From NCBI GenBank assembly GCA_963665295.1, contig OY762209.1, positions 3,520,001 through 3,584,000 of the forward strand: a stretch of DNA of 64,000 nucleotides. The letters run 5' to 3'. Both the position numbers and the translations under genes were made by a program. The DNA comes from Syntrophorhabdaceae bacterium (GTDB lineage: Bacteria > Desulfobacterota > Syntrophorhabdia > Syntrophorhabdales > Syntrophorhabdaceae). The notes beneath the pieces were generated by a model that made no database searches, was not told the DNA's origin, and worked only from the letters and a program-made list of their open reading frames with translations. Shown in pieces: positions 59,162 to 64,000 of the stretch. The stretch's first letter is position 1, and every line of letters begins with the position of its first letter.

Positions 59162-59385
59162 GTTTCCCGAAACCCCGCACAAACGTCCCTTTAATGACCG
59201 ATAAGCGTTCGGCGTAGCGAGGGCGACGAAAAAACCCGTTTTGTTCGACGTGATCATTGTGTATACTATCAGCGTAGTACGGCACGGCCCGGAATGCGCA
59301 CGCAAGGACATTATGAGCTTTTGAGACGCGGAAAAGACCGGACCTATGAACCGGCTCGGAAGAGGCGGCATGAGGAGGAGCAAAG

Positions 59386-60858
59386 GTGCAGCCTTGGCCT
59401 AAATGTCCAATTATCTACGAGATAAATGCGTGGGTGTGGCTGGGCGAACTGAGCGAACGATACGGGAGTGCCGTTACTCTCGGCAATATACCGGGCAGGG
59501 AGTGGGATTCCTTAGCCTCCTTCAGGATCGACGCGGTCTGGTTTATGGGCGTGTGGGAGCGCAGCCCCGAGGGCATCAGGATCGCCAATGCCGACGAGAG
59601 CCTGCTTTCCGACTTTCGGACAACCCTTCCCGATTTCAGGACAAGTGACAATATAGGTTCTCCTTACTGCGTGCGCCGGTACGCGGTGGATGAGCGTCTC
59701 GGGGGAAAGGCAGGGCTTGCCTCGGCCCGTGAGGAGCTTTCAAAGCGAGGCATCAGGCTGATCCTCGATTTTGTGCCGAATCAAGTGGCGCCCGATCATG
59801 CCTGGGTAGACCAACACCCCGATTATCTGATGGGGGGAGATACGAGAGACGTCGAACAGAACCGGACCTCATTCATGGAAATTAACGGACGGGTCTTTGC
59901 GTGCGGCAGGGATACTCACCTTCCGCCCTGGCTCGATGTGCTCCAACTCAACGCCTTCAGCCGGGAGACCCGGGAAGGGGCGGTGGAGACCCTGAAAGAC
60001 ATAGCGGACCAATGTGACGGCGTCAGATGTGCCATGGCGGCCCTGCTGTTGAACGACGTTTTTGAGGGGACCTGGAGTGACCGGGCCGGTCCGAAGCCGG
60101 ACGGTGAATACTGGGCCGAGGTAATTGCCGCGGTCCGTGAAGGACGGGGCGACTTTCTGTTTATTGCCGAAGGCTACGGAGACCTCGAGTGGCGACTTCA
60201 GCAGCAGGGGTTTGACTATTGTTGCGATAAATTGCTCTACGAACGGATGGCGCACGGGAGCGCTGAAAGCGTGAAGCTCCATCTCACGGCAGAACCTGCA
60301 TATCAGGAAAAACTTGTCCGTTTTATCGAAAACCACCACGAACCCTGTGCAGCGTCCACATTTACCCCCGAACAGGAGCAGGCAGCGGCGATCGTGATGG
60401 GCACGCTTCCCGGAGCGAAGCTGCTCCATGAGGGCCAGTTCGAGGGGCGCAGGATACGGTTGCCCGTGTTCCTCGGCAGACGTCCTTGTGAAAAGCCGGA
60501 CAGGTACTTATCCGAATTCTATCGAAAGCTCCTTGATTCCGTTAACGTACCCGTCTTCCGGTCGGGTCGTTGGCAGCTTTGTGCTCAAACGGGCTGGCCC
60601 GACAACCAGAGTTACCGGAACATCGCGGCGTGGTGTTGGCAGAGGGAGGAAGAGAGATATCTGACCGTGGTTAATCTTTCCTGCTCCCCCGCACAGAGCC
60701 GTGTCCAGGTCCCCTGGCCCGATATAAAAGGGAAGCACTGGCAGTTGCTCGATGTCTTTGCTGAAGACATATACGAGCGGGATGGCGATGAAATGATCGA
60801 TCCCGGATTATACATCGAACTGGGGCCCTGGGAGTTCCATTTTCTGAGGTTTTTTTAG
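59386..60858 (+). CDS. GH13 alpha-amylase-family protein, catalytic residues substituted
   Basis: IYEIN, WFMGVW, GSPY, LILDFVPNQ, DGVRCAMA, FIAE, FIENHHE; GAGGAG RBS. Confidence 0.88.
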   Translation: MQPWPKCPIIYEINAWVWLGELSERYGSAVTLGNIPGREWDSLASFRIDAVWFMGVWERSPEGIRIANADESLLSDFRTTLPDFRTSDNIGSPYCVRRYAVDERLGGKAGLASAREELSKRGIRLILDFVPNQVAPDHAWVDQHPDYLMGGDTRDVEQNRTSFMEINGRVFACGRDTHLPPWLDVLQLNAFSRETREGAVETLKDIADQCDGVRCAMAALLLNDVFEGTWSDRAGPKPDGEYWAEVIAAVREGRGDFLFIAEGYGDLEWRLQQQGFDYCCDKLLYERMAHGSAESVKLHLTAEPAYQEKLVRFIENHHEPCAASTFTPEQEQAAAIVMGTLPGAKLLHEGQFEGRRIRLPVFLGRRPCEKPDRYLSEFYRKLLDSVNVPVFRSGRWQLCAQTGWPDNQSYRNIAAWCWQREEERYLTVVNLSCSPAQSRVQVPWPDIKGKHWQLLDVFAEDIYERDGDEMIDPGLYIELGPWEFHFLRFF

Positions 60859-60894
60859 GACAGGGGTATTTGTGAAATTAGGGACAAAAATAGA

Positions 60895-60923
60895 TTGACT
60901 AAAAGTGGCCCTTATGATAAATA
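60895..60923 (+). promoter_or_regulatory. Putative sigma70 promoter of the Fo operon
   Basis: TTGACT-17 bp-TAAATA with extended TG. Confidence 0.5.
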
Positions 60924-60943
60924 CAAGAAGCGAAATGATGGTT

Positions 60944-61189
60944 ATGGCGGCCCTGAATAGCAAGAAAGATGTTGTCAAATCTCTTTTTAGCTACAGCTCA
61001 CTTGGCTTGGAGATGGGGCTCTGTGTTGCCGTAGGGTTAACCATCGGTTATTATCTTGACAAGTATTTTCAGACTTACCCTTATCTATCAATTGCGTTTT
61101 TGTTTGTGGGGATTCTGGCTGCTATGAAGACGATATATACCATGGCCAAAAAGATGGAAAAGGATAATGAAAGAAACAACCATAAGTGA
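60944..61189 (+). CDS. AtpZ/AtpQ-family ATP synthase accessory protein (start uncertain)
   Basis: SSLGLEMG..VAVG..IGYYLD..F.T.P motif; first gene of the Fo cluster. Confidence 0.8.
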   Translation: MAALNSKKDVVKSLFSYSSLGLEMGLCVAVGLTIGYYLDKYFQTYPYLSIAFLFVGILAAMKTIYTMAKKMEKDNERNNHK

Positions 61190-61559
61190 TATCGAGCGTG
61201 TCAACATGTACGTTTTCGTGCTCGGATCGATACTCTCCGCAGTGATTATGAGAGAGTTTAAATATTTCTTCAGTTTTGCCGTTGGAAGTTCCATGATGGT
61301 ACTCAACTTCCGATTCCTTAGGAAGATCGTAGAGGGAGGATTTTCGAACCCGGCTGTCAGTAAGAAAGAGGTTCTTATAAAACTCCCGATAAAATTTCTC
61401 GTTCTCGTGGGACTTGTGGCAGTGGTGGTGATTTTCGGCGATATAAACGTGGCTTTCTTTGTGGCAGGTCTTTCCACCATCTTTATATCCATTGTGATCA
61501 ACCAACTCATGGCTATCTTTATCCCTGCGGGAAAAAGGAGGCAAAAAGATGGAGCATGA
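61167..61559 (+). CDS. atpI: ATP synthase protein I
   Basis: Four hydrophobic helices; located before atpB. Confidence 0.75.
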   Translation: MKETTISDIERVNMYVFVLGSILSAVIMREFKYFFSFAVGSSMMVLNFRFLRKIVEGGFSNPAVSKKEVLIKLPIKFLVLVGLVAVVVIFGDINVAFFVAGLSTIFISIVINQLMAIFIPAGKRRQKDGA

Positions 61560-62247
61560 AGCATTCACGTGGGCCTCTCTAATCCCTTTTCTGAAGGACC
61601 TACCTCCCCACGTATCAAACGGGATCATCGTGTCGGTCATACTTCTCGTGATCGTGATCCTTGGGTACAGGCAGTTGAAGAAAACAGAGGACGAGATTGT
61701 TCCGGCCGCCGGACTCACGTTCAGGAACGTTACGGAGATAATGGCCGAGGGAGTTTCGAACATTATCATCGATACCATGGGGCCAAGAGGAAAAGAGTTT
61801 GTCCTGCTGGTGGGGACGCTGGGATTGTTCATCCTGTTCAATAACCTCTCCGGTCTTATACCCGGCTTTATGCCCGCTACCGATAACGTGAACACTACCT
61901 TCGCCTGTTCTCTTACCGTATTCGTGATGACTCATTATTACGGGGTGCGGGAGCATGGAATTAAATATCTCAAACAGTTTATGGGACCCTTCATATGGCT
62001 CGCGCCGATCATGATTCCCATTGAGCTTGTCGGTCATATCGCACGTCCCCTGTCTCTGGGACTCAGGCTTTTCGGTAACATATTCGGCGACCATCTGACT
62101 ACCGGGATATTCTTCCTGCTTGTTCCTCTCTTGATCCCGCTACCCATGATGCTGCTCGGTCTGTTTGTCGCATTTGTTCAGACCTTTGTGTTTATGATGC
62201 TGGCGATGGCATATTTTTCTGGGGCTATTTCCCATGAAGAACATTAA
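61549..62247 (+). CDS. atpB: F0 subunit a
   Basis: NLSGLIPG, ARPLSLGLRLFGNI, VAFVQTFVF. Confidence 0.95.
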   Translation: MEHEAFTWASLIPFLKDLPPHVSNGIIVSVILLVIVILGYRQLKKTEDEIVPAAGLTFRNVTEIMAEGVSNIIIDTMGPRGKEFVLLVGTLGLFILFNNLSGLIPGFMPATDNVNTTFACSLTVFVMTHYYGVREHGIKYLKQFMGPFIWLAPIMIPIELVGHIARPLSLGLRLFGNIFGDHLTTGIFFLLVPLLIPLPMMLLGLFVAFVQTFVFMMLAMAYFSGAISHEEH

Positions 62248-62274
62248 ATAATAATAGGAAAGGAGTGAGATTCA

Positions 62275-62604
62275 ATGAAAAAAGCTTTATTAGTCATGAT
62301 GCTTCTCGGGATTTTCGTAGGTCTCTCTGTAAGTATGGCAATGGCTGCTGAAGAGGGAAAGGGTCTTGATTCGTCCGTAAAGCAGATGATTGCCCTTGCG
62401 TCAGGCTTAGGCATCGGCATTGCTGCTGCTGGAGGCGCTGTAGGTCAGGGTAAGGCCCTCTCGGGCGCATTGGATGGCATAGCCAGAAATCCCGGCGCCG
62501 CAGGCAAGGTGTTTACGCCGATGATCATCGGTCTGGCAATGATTGAGTCCCTTGTAATATACTCTCTCGTTGTTTCATTACTTCTGTTCTTTAAGCTTGG
62601 TTAA
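62275..62604 (+). CDS. atpE: F0 subunit c with N-terminal extension
   Basis: GLGIGIAA.GGA.GQG, IARNP, LAMIESLVIY. Confidence 0.95.
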   Translation: MKKALLVMMLLGIFVGLSVSMAMAAEEGKGLDSSVKQMIALASGLGIGIAAAGGAVGQGKALSGALDGIARNPGAAGKVFTPMIIGLAMIESLVIYSLVVSLLLFFKLG

Positions 62605-62612
62605 GCAGGACA

Positions 62613-62640
62613 CGGGGGGCGAACCCGGTTCGCCCCCCCG
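62613..62640 (+). terminator. Terminator-like hairpin after atpE
   Basis: GGGGGGCGAAC/GTTCGCCCCCC stem. Confidence 0.6.
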
Positions 62641-62939
62641 GCTCGTTTTGTCCGGATAGGGATCGTGGGAGATAGCCACAGAACGACCCGAATTTCGGAT
62701 CTTCTCAGAAGGGTTTTTTCCGGTCGTACAGATATTCGCACATAGTTCTTTTTGACCATAGTCGCGGGAGGCCTGTGGTTCGGGTCAAGGGGCGAATCGT
62801 TACATAATCCCATGTCAAAGATCATGAATTTGCGGCATACCTCGGGGGCTTCGTGGTTTTGCGGTCTCCGGTGACTCCTCTACCATCGCTCCCGGTTTTG
62901 AGCGGCGCCCAACGCGCATCCCTCGCTGCCGCGGGCCTT

Positions 62940-62969
62940 TTGACAAACAGTGGTGCGGGCGGTTAGACT
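62940..62969 (+). promoter_or_regulatory. sigma70 promoter of uvrB
   Basis: TTGACA-18 bp-TAGACT. Confidence 0.65.
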
Positions 62970-62975
62970 ATTCCC

Positions 62976-64000
62976 ATGCCACAATTCAAGATTGCCCGTG
63001 AATATGAACCGAGGGGCGACCAGCCTCAGGCAATAGACAAGCTTTCAAAGGCCATAGAAGCCGGTGCCACCCACCAGGTTCTGCTTGGCGTGACGGGGTC
63101 CGGAAAGACCTTCACTATGGCTAATGTGATCGAGCGTGTGCAAAGACCGACTCTCGTTATTTCCCACAACAAGACTTTGGCTGCCCAACTTTACGGAGAA
63201 TTCAAGGGTCTGTTTCCTGATAACGAAGTGCATTTCTTCGTGAGTTACTACGATTATTATCAGCCGGAGGCGTATCTGCCCCATACGGACACGTATATAG
63301 AGAAGGACGCATCGATCAATGAAGAGATCGATAAACTGAGACTGCTCGCGACCAATTCCCTCTTTGAGAGGGACGATGTCATTATCGTGGCGAGTGTATC
63401 ATGTATATATGGCCTCGGTTCACCGGAGGCGTATTACGGGATGCTTATCTATCTGGAGGAAGGACAGCAGATTGACCGGAGGGCTGTCCTGGACAAACTC
63501 GTACAATGCCAGTATGAAAGGAACGACATAGACTTTTACCGTGGAAGGTTCAGGGTAAGGGGAGAGAATATAGACGTTTTCCCTGCCTACGAAGAGGACA
63601 GGGCATTCAGGATAGTCCTCGATGACGGCGTCGTGTCGGCTTTGTATCATATCGACCCATTGCGGGGGAGTGTAATCGCAAAGCTGAAGCGTTGCACCAT
63701 ATTTCCGACGAGCCATTATGTGACGCCGAAGGAGACCCTTGAAAGAGCGGTGGTGTCTATTGAGGCTGAGTTGGACGATTATGTGAAGACGCTCAAGGGG
63801 CAGAATAAACTCCTCGAGGCTCAGCGCATAGAGATGAGAACAAAATATGATCTGGAAATGCTGCGGGAGATAGGGTATTGCCAGGGCATAGAGAACTATT
63901 CCAGACATCTCACGGGACGAAAGGCAGGAGAGGCGCCTCCGACATTGATGGACTATTTCCCGTCGAATACCATTGTGATGATCGACGAGAGCCATGTGAC
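62976..64000 (+). CDS. uvrB: Excinuclease ABC subunit B, 3' truncated (absent from the ORF track because it has no stop in the window)
   Basis: MPQF...[57 protein letters not shown]. Confidence 0.97.
   Translation, partial: MPQFKIAREYEPRGDQPQAIDKLSKAIEAGATHQVLLGVTGSGKTFTMANVIERVQRPTLVISHNKTLAAQLYGEFKGLFPDNEVHFFVSYYDYYQPEAYLPHTDTYIEKDASINEEIDKLRLLATNSLFERDDVIIVASVSCIYGLGSPEAYYGMLIYLEEGQQIDRRAVLDKLVQCQYERNDIDFYRGRFRVRGENIDVFPAYEEDRAFRIVLDDGVVSALYHIDPLRGSVIAKLKRCTIFPTSHYVTPKETLERAVVSIEAELDDYVKTLKGQNKLLEAQRIEMRTKYDLEMLREIGYCQGIENYSRHLTGRKAGEAPPTLMDYFPSNTIVMIDESHV

Noticed and set aside
1..64000. CRISPR array, rRNA, tmRNA, RNase P, prophage genes
   Set aside because: No regularly spaced repeats or signature sequences seen by eye

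Overview
Bacterial chromosomal window of moderate-to-high GC. The gene content (split atp operon, class II RNR, multi-PAS LuxR regulators, CoA ligases, HgdAB-family pair, PpsB-like protein, multiheme cytochrome) suggests an anaerobic Desulfobacterota/Syntrophorhabdus-like organism; this is an inference, not a database result. In order it holds: metY(partial)-metX-metW; a metallopeptidase; nrdJ and pncA; a cupredoxin; DJ-1, rtcB and archease; an 8-gene Wsp-like chemosensory operon; glcD-like, SLT and ygiQ genes; a stand-alone rplC; an HNH-HIT-phosphorylase operon; iorA/iorB-like genes with diheme and 7-heme cytochromes; rfbA; tRNA-Lys(CTT); a small-ORF/structured-RNA region; a sigma54 two-component pair; an acyl/aryl-CoA catabolic cluster; an intact IS1380-family element with a 4-bp target duplication; terC; a GH13 homologue; atpZ-I-B-E; and partial uvrB. 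Most notable: (1) the Wsp-like pathway ends in a WspR-type receiver fused to a PP2C phosphatase instead of a GGDEF domain, and its CheB receiver lacks the phosphoacceptor Asp; (2) an intact GH13 ORF has both catalytic Asp residues substituted; (3) rplC is monocistronic, outside the S10 operon; (4) a Tat-exported molybdoenzyme is co-encoded with multiheme cytochromes; (5) a small zinc-finger ORF is followed by a strongly structured RNA element. All family assignments come from motif recognition by eye.
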